The translations under genes were made by a program, and so were the position numbers. Of a stretch of 25,085 bases of DNA, positions 1 through 8,857 are shown one piece after another. Source of the stretch: a virus (lineage: Duplodnaviria; Caudoviricetes); IMG/VR virus record IMGVR_UViG_3300035675_000030, positions 1-25,085 of that record; one strand, 5' to 3'. How positions within the stretch are numbered: the first letter of the stretch is position 1; each line of letters starts with the position of its first letter. Below the pieces are notes generated by a model. The model was not told the origin of the DNA and searched no databases. It saw only the letters and a program-made list of their open reading frames with translations.

Positions 1-396
1 AAAAGAAAAAGACGAACTAAAGCTGAAATATTAGCAGCTGAAAGTCAAGGATTAGGAGATACAGTAGAAAAAGTATTAGAAGTTACAGGAATAGCAAAGG
101 TTGCTAAGTGGTTGCTTGGTGAGGATTGCGGGTGTGATGCACGTAAAGCAAAGTTAAACGAGTTATTTCCTTACAGACAGCCTAAATGCTTAGAGCAACC
201 TGAGTACGATTGGTTAAAGGAATGGTTTGACAAAAACACGAATGTAGTAAAGCCAAGTGAACAAAAAACAATAATGAATATTCACAGCAGAGTATTTGGA
301 GTAAGAAACGAACCAACAAGTTGTGCTTCTTGCCTTTTACACAGAATAGAACAATTAAAAACTGTATTTAATACTTACGAAAATGAAGTTAGTTAA
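1..396 (+). CDS. Conserved Cys-motif phage protein, 5' truncated by the window edge
   Basis: Frame 1 is open from base 1 (KRKRRTKAEILAAESQGLGDTVEKVLEVTG...DCGCDARKAKLNELFPY), so the track's TTG start at 112 is internal. It has CGC and C-terminal CxxC (TSCASC) motifs. I recall the GLGDT..DCGC pattern from Bacteroidota phage proteins upstream of packaging genes. Confidence 0.75.
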   Translation, partial: KRKRRTKAEILAAESQGLGDTVEKVLEVTGIAKVAKWLLGEDCGCDARKAKLNELFPYRQPKCLEQPEYDWLKEWFDKNTNVVKPSEQKTIMNIHSRVFGVRNEPTSCASCLLHRIEQLKTVFNTYENEVS

Positions 397-943
397 GATA
401 AGCGAGGTTAAACCCAACCCGAAGAATCCAAGAATAATAAAAGACGGAAAATTCCAAAAGTTAGTTAAGTCTATTCAAGAATTTCCTGATATGCTAAATA
501 AACGCCCTCTAATCGTTTTTACTGACGTAGATAACAAATACGTTGTCTTGGGTGGTAATATGCGTTTAAAAGCTTGTAAAGAGATAGGATTGAAAGAAAT
601 ACCTATTATAGTTGCAGACGAATGGACAGAGGAGCAAAAAAACGAATTTTTAATAAAAGATAATGTAGGTTTTGGAGAATGGGATTGGGATACATTGGCA
701 AATGAATGGGATGTAGAAATAATGAATGATTGGGGATTGGAAATACCAAATTTTGATTCATTTAATGACTCGGACGAATTATTGGATATTAATGATATTG
801 ATTTTGTAGAGGAGTTTTCTGAATCAGTTAATTTTATTATTAAGTGTGAAAATTTAGAACAAATGGAAGAATTAAAAACTAAATTAAATACTGATGCGCA
901 AAAGATAGGTTATAATGATTTTTTAATAAAAGTTGGATTGTGA
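383..943 (+). CDS. ParB/Srx-like N-terminal domain protein
   Basis: KPNPKNPR, LVKSI, RPLIV, VLGGNMRLKAC and DNVGFGEWD are typical of phage ParB-N proteins next to terminase genes. It has an acidic C-terminal tail. Confidence 0.85.
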   Translation: MKLVKISEVKPNPKNPRIIKDGKFQKLVKSIQEFPDMLNKRPLIVFTDVDNKYVVLGGNMRLKACKEIGLKEIPIIVADEWTEEQKNEFLIKDNVGFGEWDWDTLANEWDVEIMNDWGLEIPNFDSFNDSDELLDINDIDFVEEFSESVNFIIKCENLEQMEELKTKLNTDAQKIGYNDFLIKVGL

Positions 944-1869
944 AAATTGCAGTAATTGAAATATATCCTAACAAAAAGTTAGATAAAAAAAAGGCTATTG
1001 ATGCGCATTTAAGAAATTCTATTATTATTTCAGAGTATTTAGGAGCGGATTTGCTTTGTGTTGAAAATGATTTTATAAAAGCACTAAATAAAAGTTATGA
1101 TATTTTAATTTTAGGATATGCTTCGGGATATGCTCCTTTTCAATTAATAAAAAGATTAGTAAATAATAATCCTAACGCGCGAAAAATAGTATTATCAAAT
1201 GAATATAACATAGTGCCAAGCATTGGAGGTTTTCAACCTTACGATTTAATTGCTAATTATGATAAAATAAAAAGCAAAGGAAACACAATAAAGAAATTCT
1301 TTACATTAAATCTTAATCTTTTATTTGCAAGAGAGCCAAACGCATTAATTACAAAAAAATATGATTGTATTTATTATGGCACATTTAGAATTAATAGGTC
1401 AAAATATTTCAAAGAATATTTACAGGAAAATATATATCTAAGCACCTCAGATAAAAATTTTAAAAAATACAAGCATGTAGGAGCAAATCCTAAGTATATT
1501 AAAAAACTATCTTGGGAGCAAAAAAGAGAAACTTTAAATCAATTTAGGTATTCGTTATATATTGAGGATAATTATACGCACTCAGTATTTAATAATTTGG
1601 CAAATAGATGGTATGAGGCAGGTTTCTGCAATAATGTAGTTTTTTTTGATGTCAATTGTATTAATACAATAAGAAAATCGGAAATAGGATATTTTGAGGA
1701 GCAGATTAAATTTTATATGGTTTCAAGTCATGAGGAACTGCAAAATAAAATAAATGAATGTAACAAAGATTTTGAAAAGCATTTAGCAATTCAGAAAATG
1801 TGGAGAATGTCTGAACTTCAATTGAGGGCTGAAATGATGCACAAATTAAAAAGTATTATTTTCGCATAA
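940..1869 (+). CDS. GT-B glycosyltransferase resembling T4 DNA beta-glucosyltransferase
   Basis: GTG start overlaps the ParB stop (GTGA). Motifs MKIAVI, YDILIL, KKYDCIYYGTFRINR, NRWYE and FYMVSSHEELQNKINE are colinear with T4 BGT as I recall it (MKIAII, YDRLIV, KKTLDVIYGGSFRSGQR, LRVWE, FYVNNRAELIDRVNE). Confidence 0.65.
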   Translation: MKIAVIEIYPNKKLDKKKAIDAHLRNSIIISEYLGADLLCVENDFIKALNKSYDILILGYASGYAPFQLIKRLVNNNPNARKIVLSNEYNIVPSIGGFQPYDLIANYDKIKSKGNTIKKFFTLNLNLLFAREPNALITKKYDCIYYGTFRINRSKYFKEYLQENIYLSTSDKNFKKYKHVGANPKYIKKLSWEQKRETLNQFRYSLYIEDNYTHSVFNNLANRWYEAGFCNNVVFFDVNCINTIRKSEIGYFEEQIKFYMVSSHEELQNKINECNKDFEKHLAIQKMWRMSELQLRAEMMHKLKSIIFA

Positions 1870-1870
1870 T

Positions 1871-1891
1871 AAAACACCGAAAAAACACCGA
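1871..1891 (+). repeat. Direct repeat AAAACACCGA x2 with 11-bp period, immediately upstream of terS
   Basis: Exact copies at 1871-1880 and 1882-1891. Confidence 0.7.
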
Positions 1892-1894
1892 TTT

Positions 1895-2230
1895 ATGGAT
1901 AAAATTGATAATTTGAAGCCTGCATGGCAAAAGGGCGAAAGCGGCAATCCTAATGGCAGACCTAAGGGAAGCAAGAACAGGAGTACGATTGCGCGTTATT
2001 GGTTAGAAGTTAATCAAAACTTAAAAAATCCATTAACAGGAGATAGTGAAATAATGAGCCAAGAGGATTTAATGACTTTGGCTTTAATTAAAAAAGCACG
2101 TGAGGGGGATGTAGCAGCTTACAAAGCACTCATGGATAGTGGGTACGGTGCTCCATTACAACAGATAGAACAAACGATTTTAGAACAACCTTTATTTCCA
2201 GATGTTCAAGAGGACAACAGCGACAAATAA
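1895..2230 (+). CDS. terS: Terminase small subunit (DUF5681-type N-terminus)
   Basis: WQKGESGNPNGRPKG motif and KAREGDVAAYKALMD helix. It overlaps the start of the large terminase. Confidence 0.8.
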   Translation: MDKIDNLKPAWQKGESGNPNGRPKGSKNRSTIARYWLEVNQNLKNPLTGDSEIMSQEDLMTLALIKKAREGDVAAYKALMDSGYGAPLQQIEQTILEQPLFPDVQEDNSDK

Positions 2231-3362
2231 GGTACTTGCTTTAAAAAGACGGATTAAAATAATTCAAGGAGGAACTTCGGCTTCCAAGACTTATTCTATA
2301 TTAGCAGTCTTAATAAATAAAGCAATACAACAACCTAACTTAGAAATAAGCGTAGTTGCTGAATCAATACCACATTTACGTAGAGGTGCTTTAAAAGACT
2401 TTGTTAAAATACTTAAATGGACTAACCGTTTTAATGATGAGCAATTTAATAAATCATTACTAACTTATAAATTTAAAAATGGCAGCATTTTTGAATTTTT
2501 TAGTGCGGACGATAGCAGTAAGTTACGTGGTGCTCGTCGTGATGTTCTATATATTAACGAATGTAACAACGTAACCTTTGAATCTTATAATGAGTTAGCA
2601 ATACGTACAAAGAAAGCTATTTATTTAGACTTCAATCCAGCTAATGAATTTTGGGTACATACGGAACTAAAAGACGATGAGAATAGCGACTTTTTAATTT
2701 TAACGTACAAAGATAATGAAGCTTTAGATATTGACATAGTTCAACAAATAGAAAATAAGCGATTAAAAGCAGAAACAAGTAGCTATTGGGCTAATTGGTG
2801 GCGTGTGTATGGTTTAGGTGAGATAGGAATGTTAGAAGGTGTTATATTTAGCAACTGGAAGCAAATAGATAAATTACCTATTGAAGCTAAATTAATAGGA
2901 ATTGGTCTTGATTTTGGGTATAGCGTAGACCCAACTGCAATAATAGAAGTTTATAATTGGAACGGTAAAAGAATAATCAACGAACTTGCTTATCAAACAG
3001 GAATGCTTAATTCAGATATTGCAAAGATACTACCAAAACACGTAGTGGTATATGCTGATAGTTCAGAGCCTAAATCAATAGACGATATAAAGAGATACGG
3101 CATAACAATTAAAGGCGTAACAAAAGGAAAGGACTCGATAAACTTTGGTATTGACACAATGCAACAGCAAGAGTATTTAGTTACTTCTAACAGCGTTAAT
3201 TTAATAAAAGAACTTCGGGCCTATACTTGGGATTCAGATAAAACAGGAAAGCGTTTAAATAAACCTATTGACAATTTTAACCATGCTATTGATGCTTTGA
3301 GGTATCATGAAATGGAAACTTTAGGAATAAACGCAACTTACGGACAGTATTTTATTAAATAA
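2202..3362 (+). CDS. terL: Terminase large subunit (PBSX/SPP1-like, Terminase_3)
   Basis: Walker A QGGTSASKT, LRGARRDVLYINE Walker B, DFNP coupling motif, nuclease motifs GLDFGYSVDP and NHAIDALRY. Confidence 0.95.
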   Translation: MFKRTTATNKVLALKRRIKIIQGGTSASKTYSILAVLINKAIQQPNLEISVVAESIPHLRRGALKDFVKILKWTNRFNDEQFNKSLLTYKFKNGSIFEFFSADDSSKLRGARRDVLYINECNNVTFESYNELAIRTKKAIYLDFNPANEFWVHTELKDDENSDFLILTYKDNEALDIDIVQQIENKRLKAETSSYWANWWRVYGLGEIGMLEGVIFSNWKQIDKLPIEAKLIGIGLDFGYSVDPTAIIEVYNWNGKRIINELAYQTGMLNSDIAKILPKHVVVYADSSEPKSIDDIKRYGITIKGVTKGKDSINFGIDTMQQQEYLVTSNSVNLIKELRAYTWDSDKTGKRLNKPIDNFNHAIDALRYHEMETLGINATYGQYFIK

Positions 3363-3371
3363 TTTACACCA

Positions 3372-3548
3372 ATGACAGATGACCTCCCGATAATGGTACA
3401 CACAGTTGAGCAATTCATTCAGGATAAGACTGGAAAAAAGGTGAAAATAATATTTAATGACCCTATGAAAATACGAATGCACACAAAAATGCTAACACAA
3501 GCATACGATATTGCATTTGCTTACTACAATTCTAAAAATAAAAGTTAA
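3372..3548 (+). CDS. Small hypothetical protein, 58 aa (not in ORF track)
   Basis: ATG 3372 to TAA 3548, MTDDLPIMVHTVEQFIQDKTGKKVKIIF...; it fills the gap between terL and the chaperone gene. Confidence 0.6.
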   Translation: MTDDLPIMVHTVEQFIQDKTGKKVKIIFNDPMKIRMHTKMLTQAYDIAFAYYNSKNKS

Positions 3549-3557
3549 ACAAATATG
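3526..3557 (+). promoter_or_regulatory. Putative phage late promoter, copy 1
   Basis: ACAA(3526)-N14-GTTA(3544)-N7-ATG(3555). Confidence 0.6.
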
Positions 3558-4310
3558 AAAGCAGAACTAAAAGTTCCTACTAAACTAAGTGAGATTCCAT
3601 TAACAGCCTATCAAGAGTTTATAAAGCTTATTGATAAGTCCAACGATAATGAGTTAATTGCACAAAGAACTATCCAAATATTTTGTGGCTTAGAAATGAA
3701 AGATGTTTTGCAGATACGTTGGGATTCTATTTTAGAACTCACCAATCACTTTGCGGAATTATTTAAACAAAAACCTGCTTTTCAAAATAGGTTTAAATTA
3801 GGTGAACACGAATTTGGATTTATTCCAAACTTAGAAGAAATGAGTTTTGGAGAATACATTGATTTGGAGTCTAATATCGGAAGCGTAGAAAACTTCCACA
3901 AGGCTATGGCTGTAATGTACAGACCGATTACTCAAAAACGAAAAGACACTTACCAAATATTACCATATACCGGTACTGACGAATTCGCAGAGGCTATGAG
4001 ATACGCACCGCTTGACGTGGTTATGGGTGCTACGCTTTTTTTTTGGAGTTTAGGAAACGACTTAGTACAAGCTTCTCTTTCATATTTAGAGGAGGAGATG
4101 GAGAAGAATCAGAAGTTGAACACGACTATTCAGAACGGACTCAATTCTCTAAACAATGGGGATGGTACAATTCAATCTATGCAATCGCTAAAGGCGACCT
4201 TACAAAGTTTGATGAGGTTACCCGAATGGGAGTTAGGAAGTGCCTCACGTGGCTCACATACGAACGACAAAAAAACGAAATTGAACACAGAGAATTTAAC
4301 CGTAAATTAA
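3555..4310 (+). CDS. Putative tail assembly chaperone (gpG-like, 0 frame)
   Basis: Helical acidic protein containing a T9 slippery run (4036-4044) that leads into an overlapping -1 frame ORF. It precedes tail completion genes. Confidence 0.65.
   Translation: MKAELKVPTKLSEIPLTAYQEFIKLIDKSNDNELIAQRTIQIFCGLEMKDVLQIRWDSILELTNHFAELFKQKPAFQNRFKLGEHEFGFIPNLEEMSFGEYIDLESNIGSVENFHKAMAVMYRPITQKRKDTYQILPYTGTDEFAEAMRYAPLDVVMGATLFFWSLGNDLVQASLSYLEEEMEKNQKLNTTIQNGLNSLNNGDGTIQSMQSLKATLQSLMRLPEWELGSASRGSHTNDKKTKLNTENLTVN
4035..4046 (+). other. Programmed -1 ribosomal frameshift site (T TTT TTT)
   Basis: CTT TTT TTT TGG in frame 0 fits the X XXY YYZ heptamer, and the -1 frame is open to 4324. Confidence 0.75.
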
Positions 4311-4324
4311 ATAAACATGGCTAA
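4043..4324 (+). CDS. -1 frame extension of the tail assembly chaperone (gpGT-like C-terminus)
   Basis: No strong start of its own (the TTG lies inside the T-run). The sequence is protein-like (WGWYNSIYAIAKGDLTKFDEVT) and its stop overlaps the next gene's start region. Confidence 0.7.
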   Translation: MEFRKRLSTSFSFIFRGGDGEESEVEHDYSERTQFSKQWGWYNSIYAIAKGDLTKFDEVTRMGVRKCLTWLTYERQKNEIEHREFNRKLNKHG

Positions 4325-4772
4325 CTATTTTACATTACTAAATACTTTAAGAACCCACTTTGAAAATGATGCGTTCATAAACACGGTTACGGAGGGAGAT
4401 ATATTCAAAGTTGATTTAGCTAAACAAACAATATTCCCTTTAACTCACATTATAGTTAACTCAAGTTCTATTGAAAATAATATCATTCGTTTTAACGTAA
4501 GTATTTTGTGTATGGATATTGTAGACATTTCTAAAAACACAGCTACGGACCAATTTATAGGAAATGACAATGAACAAGACGTACTGAATACAATGTTTTC
4601 TGTTCAGAATCGATTATACGATGTTTTAAGACGTGGTGATTTATACTCTGATAATTTTGTAACGGAGGGTAACGCAACATTAGAACCATTTGCAGAAAGG
4701 TTTGAAAACTACTTAGCTGGTTGGACAATGACCTTAGATATTTTGATGTCTAACTCAATGACTATTTGCTAA
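4317..4772 (+). CDS. Putative tail terminator / tail completion protein
   Basis: 151 aa acidic alpha/beta protein (FPLTHI, AGWTMTLDI), located in the morphogenesis cluster. Confidence 0.55.
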   Translation: MANYFTLLNTLRTHFENDAFINTVTEGDIFKVDLAKQTIFPLTHIIVNSSSIENNIIRFNVSILCMDIVDISKNTATDQFIGNDNEQDVLNTMFSVQNRLYDVLRRGDLYSDNFVTEGNATLEPFAERFENYLAGWTMTLDILMSNSMTIC

Positions 4773-5311
4773 TGACTGAAGTATTACAAGCCTTAGAAAA
4801 GTTTAGAGATGAGGTCGTAAAAGAGGCAAGAAGTCAACTTGCGGCTAAAGGAAAAAACTCGTCAGGTGCTTTGTCTAAATCAATTCAAGGTGAAGTAAAA
4901 CAGATGCCTAATTCAATAGGTATTTATTTCAGTATGTTGCCCTATGGTAACTTTCAGGATAAAGGGGTTAACGGAACGCAGATAAATCATGGTGCACCTT
5001 ATTCATTTAAAAGCAAAGGTGGTGTAAAAGGTTTAAAAGGAATGCCTCCACCAAGCAAGTTAGACAGTTGGATGGTTCGAAAAGGAATAGCACCAAGAAA
5101 CGCTGGTGGACAATTTACCTCAAGAAAGGGGTTGCAGTTTTTAATTGCACGTGGAATATTTAAAAAAGGAATTAAGCCAAGTTTGTTTTTTACTAAGCCA
5201 TTTGAGGATGCTTTTAGAAGTTTGCCTGATGACTTAGTAGAAAAATACGGATTAGATATGGAACAAGATTTATTAACGATATTACAAGAGAATTTAAGAC
5301 GAATGATATGA
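4772..5311 (+). CDS. Putative neck / tail completion protein (HK97 gp10-like)
   Basis: ATG at 4772 overlaps the upstream stop (TAATG). Basic protein with SGALSKSI, YGNFQDKGV and GIKPSLFFTKPF motifs. Confidence 0.6.
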   Translation: MTEVLQALEKFRDEVVKEARSQLAAKGKNSSGALSKSIQGEVKQMPNSIGIYFSMLPYGNFQDKGVNGTQINHGAPYSFKSKGGVKGLKGMPPPSKLDSWMVRKGIAPRNAGGQFTSRKGLQFLIARGIFKKGIKPSLFFTKPFEDAFRSLPDDLVEKYGLDMEQDLLTILQENLRRMI

Positions 5312-6381
5312 GTATATTTGCACGAAGCCCCTATATTGTAGAAATTAGTGAAACAGGACAAGAGGGTTCTAAGGTTCAATTATTTATTTGGAATGGAACG
5401 GGCTCTGCTCCAGCTAATCCGCAGTACACTTTAGATAAATTAATTCCAGCCTCAAACAACGTAAAGACGTATTACAATATTTCTCCGTACATTCGAGAGT
5501 ACATTACTTGGAATACAAGACAAACACCTTATAACACTTTTTCAGCAAGTCAAACAACACAATGGTGTAACGTTAAAATAAAGAAGTTTAAATTAGATGC
5601 TGGTACATATACTCAAGTTGGCAGCGATATAAACCTAAAAGCATTTGATGGATTTGGATATTATGAACAAGGTTACAACCCAAGTTTGACTTACGATATT
5701 TTACACGATGAGGGTACTTTTACTTACGCCTACGATGCTGCTATAAATTACGGAACTAACTCAAATTACTACGGTGGTTTTATCATGGTTCAAACAGGCA
5801 CAACTTACAAAGCTCGTTATAGAAATTTAATTACAGGTGCTTCATTTACTCAGACTTTAAACAACGATCAACTTGTAGATGTACTTAGAGTTTACCCAAG
5901 TTATATTGCTGCTGGAAATAGCTTAGAAATTTTGAATACTTCAAACGCTGTTATTTGGAGTGGTATTTTTAAACCAAACTTAAATTGCCGTTATACGCCT
6001 GTTGTGTGCGACTTTGTAAATAAATATGGGTGTTGGCAAAGGACATGGTTTTATGCTGCTTCTAATGACACGTTAAGCGTTGAAAACACGAATTATAATT
6101 TAATGCAATCAACCTTTGCAAACTACAATACTTTGGAAGGTCAAACAAAGAGCTTTAACACAAACGGTAAAAAATCACTTAAGGTAAACACGGATTGGGT
6201 AGATGAGAGTTACAACGATTTACTTAAACAACTCATGCTAAGCGAAAGAATAGTTCTAAATAATTATCCAGCAAGTCTTAAAACACAAAGCACAGAATTA
6301 TTCAAGAATATAAACCAAAAGACAATCAACTACACATTAGAATTCGAATTTAATTACAACGCAATCAACAACGTAATATGA
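5308..6381 (+). CDS. Putative tail tip / distal tail structural protein
   Basis: 357 aa, beta-rich, FVNKYGCWQ and LMLSERI motifs, translationally coupled (ATGA) on both sides. Confidence 0.5.
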   Translation: MSIFARSPYIVEISETGQEGSKVQLFIWNGTGSAPANPQYTLDKLIPASNNVKTYYNISPYIREYITWNTRQTPYNTFSASQTTQWCNVKIKKFKLDAGTYTQVGSDINLKAFDGFGYYEQGYNPSLTYDILHDEGTFTYAYDAAINYGTNSNYYGGFIMVQTGTTYKARYRNLITGASFTQTLNNDQLVDVLRVYPSYIAAGNSLEILNTSNAVIWSGIFKPNLNCRYTPVVCDFVNKYGCWQRTWFYAASNDTLSVENTNYNLMQSTFANYNTLEGQTKSFNTNGKKSLKVNTDWVDESYNDLLKQLMLSERIVLNNYPASLKTQSTELFKNINQKTINYTLEFEFNYNAINNVI

Positions 6382-8696
6382 AGCGTACAGTCCAAGTTTA
6401 TATTGAGGGTGAGCAAGTTGAATTATTCAATGATGAGCAAATTAGTGTCAACTCAAGTGTTCAAAATATTTCAGATATTTCAAAAGTATTCACTGACTTT
6501 TCGCAGAGTTTTACCGTTCCAGCTTCAACGCATAATAATGCGATATTTAACCACTTCTATCAGTCAGACGTAGAACAGACCATTGACTCTAACAAAAGAC
6601 GAACAGCATGGATAGAAATCGATTTAACGCCATTCAGACGAGGTAAAATTCAGTTAGAAAAAGCCAACGTAAAAAACGGACAAGTAGAAAGTTATACAAT
6701 TACATTTTACGGTGATATTCTTGCGTTGAAAGATAAGTTTGGAGAGGATAAATTGTTTAACTTAAATTTAAGTAGTTTAGAGTTTGAGTTTAATTCTACG
6801 GAGGTGTACGATAGAATCACGGACTTAGCTACGGATTATGATGTACGTTACCCACTAATTGCCAACACGAGATATTGGACTTACAACGATTCAGGAACAC
6901 AAGATATTACTCAAAATGCTCATGCCATTCAATACGATGAGTTGTTTCCTGCTGTAAAGATTAGTAAAATATTTGAAGCTATTGAAACAGATTACGGTGT
7001 TACATTTCAAGGTACATTTCTAAGTGATCCAAGATTTACACAATGTTTCTTGTGGGGTAAAAATACAACTGAATATACTTGGGTAAGTGAACAGTCAAAT
7101 ATTGATATTGACCAAATTGTAGCAACGGTTGTTGATCCAAGTTTACCGAATCCAGCTAACTATGTAAATATTTACACAAGCGAAATAAACGTACAATATT
7201 TAATAGGTGTTCAAAGCCACATAGTTACGTTTGACATACTTAATTTAAGTGCTGTTGGTACTTGGTATATAGACGTATATCAAGACGGTAATTTATTTCA
7301 AACTGTTCAAGGGGATTCAACAGGAACATACGGAAATATTAGCATTCAAAATACAGCTGGTTTAAACACCGTTTTAACATTTAGACTTCGAGCAACTGCT
7401 GCTATGGATGTGGATATGTATATTATATATCAAATGTTGGGTACGAATGGAATTACTAATTATGCTCAAATGAGTACGGTAACAACTTCATTAACAGGAA
7501 ACGTAAATTTAAACAACGTATTGCCTGACATGAAGATTGCTGATTTCTTCGCTGGGGTTTTAAAGGAGTTTAACATGACTTGCGTAGGTATTGAAGAAGA
7601 TGTTTATGAGGTTTTACCTTTAGACGATTGGTACGGTCAAGGTGCAATTGTAGATATTACTCCATACACAATTACAGATGAGATTGATTACGAGAGAATT
7701 AAGTTGTATAAGAAAATTAGTTTTAAATATCAGGATAGCGAATCGTTTGTAAACAAAGACTATTTTAAGACGAACAACCAACAGTACGGAAACTTAGAAT
7801 ATCAATTTACTTACGATGGTGAAGAATACACAGTAGAAAGTCCATTTGAGAATTTACTCTTTACAAGAGCAATTAATGGAGGTGGTCAATACGCAATTTT
7901 AGGATATGCTTTAAATGAGAATTTTCAATCTTACGTTCCTAAGCCTTGTTTAATGTATTTGTACGGTTCAAGTCAATCGTTAGCACATGACATTAAATTC
8001 TTTGACGGTACGACTCATTTCAATATTGACACTTACGCTTTGTTTGGTCAGGACTTAACTTACCAAAACACGAAATACAGTTTAAACTTTGGAGCAGATA
8101 ATTCAATTATTCATAATGAAACAATTCAACAAGGTTTATACGCTACTTACTATTTTCCGTATTTAACTAATTTATTCAATCTTAAAAACAGATTGGTCCA
8201 CGTAAAGACGATATTGCCAATTAGCCTATTAACTAATTTAAGGCTAAATGACAGACTTATAATAAGAGATAAGAGATATATCATAAACGAAATGAAATCT
8301 AATCTTACAAACGGTGAAGTAGAGTTTAGTTTATATTTAGATTTTCGTCCGTTGATTGCTCAAGATATAATCCAACCAAATAAAGATGCTCAATGTTTAG
8401 ACGTTCGTGTTAATTTACCAAACGGTGCGGTAAGTGCAGATATTACAACAAGTTTTGGAGGCGTTACCATTACACCAAGTACAATTACAAGTAGTTCAAC
8501 GATTGAAGTTTGTATTCCTGAAAACACGAATAGTCCAAGTAATTTATTAGCAGAAAACAACGATGAGATAATAACAGAGATATTCCAAAACATTGTAACG
8601 GAAAACAGCAGTCAACAAGTAATCACTTTGACAGTTACATATACGTTTACTGACGGAAGCCAAGCAAGTAACCAAATAACAATAATACAGCAATGA
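6378..8696 (+). CDS. Putative tail tip / baseplate hub protein
   Basis: 772 aa, N-terminal VELFNDEQI..DISKVFTDFSQSFTVPA, C-terminal LRLNDRLIIRDKRYIINEM, then a Thr/Ser-rich Ig-like tail; lies upstream of the tape measure gene. Confidence 0.6.
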   Translation: MKRTVQVYIEGEQVELFNDEQISVNSSVQNISDISKVFTDFSQSFTVPASTHNNAIFNHFYQSDVEQTIDSNKRRTAWIEIDLTPFRRGKIQLEKANVKNGQVESYTITFYGDILALKDKFGEDKLFNLNLSSLEFEFNSTEVYDRITDLATDYDVRYPLIANTRYWTYNDSGTQDITQNAHAIQYDELFPAVKISKIFEAIETDYGVTFQGTFLSDPRFTQCFLWGKNTTEYTWVSEQSNIDIDQIVATVVDPSLPNPANYVNIYTSEINVQYLIGVQSHIVTFDILNLSAVGTWYIDVYQDGNLFQTVQGDSTGTYGNISIQNTAGLNTVLTFRLRATAAMDVDMYIIYQMLGTNGITNYAQMSTVTTSLTGNVNLNNVLPDMKIADFFAGVLKEFNMTCVGIEEDVYEVLPLDDWYGQGAIVDITPYTITDEIDYERIKLYKKISFKYQDSESFVNKDYFKTNNQQYGNLEYQFTYDGEEYTVESPFENLLFTRAINGGGQYAILGYALNENFQSYVPKPCLMYLYGSSQSLAHDIKFFDGTTHFNIDTYALFGQDLTYQNTKYSLNFGADNSIIHNETIQQGLYATYYFPYLTNLFNLKNRLVHVKTILPISLLTNLRLNDRLIIRDKRYIINEMKSNLTNGEVEFSLYLDFRPLIAQDIIQPNKDAQCLDVRVNLPNGAVSADITTSFGGVTITPSTITSSSTIEVCIPENTNSPSNLLAENNDEIITEIFQNIVTENSSQQVITLTVTYTFTDGSQASNQITIIQQ

Positions 8697-8857
8697 TAGG
8701 TTTAATTTTAGAACTGTTAAAAACGAGTGATTTTTATAACGTGAGTGAGGTGGTTGATATTGCCAAAGGAAAACACGAATACACTCCAAAATTTAAAAAG
8801 ATTTATAAACAACAACTTAGAAAAAACTATAAATGGAAACAAGGACAGTCCAATTAA
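8693..8857 (+). CDS. Small hypothetical protein, 54 aa (not in ORF track)
   Basis: ATGA overlap with the upstream stop. MIGLILELLKTSDFYNVSEVVDIAKGKHEY...; overlaps the TMP start. Confidence 0.6.
   Translation: MIGLILELLKTSDFYNVSEVVDIAKGKHEYTPKFKKIYKQQLRKNYKWKQGQSN

Noticed and set aside
112-114. TTG start for the first ORF
   Set aside because: The frame is open and protein-like from base 1, so the true start lies upstream of the window.
4036-4044. T9 run as a sequencing error or pseudogene
   Set aside because: It fits a canonical slippery heptamer in the right phase in a chaperone-like gene. Programmed frameshifting is more likely, though reads should be checked.
4999-5379. Minus-strand 126-aa ORF
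   Set aside because: Antisense shadow of well-supported + strand genes, with no recognisable motifs.
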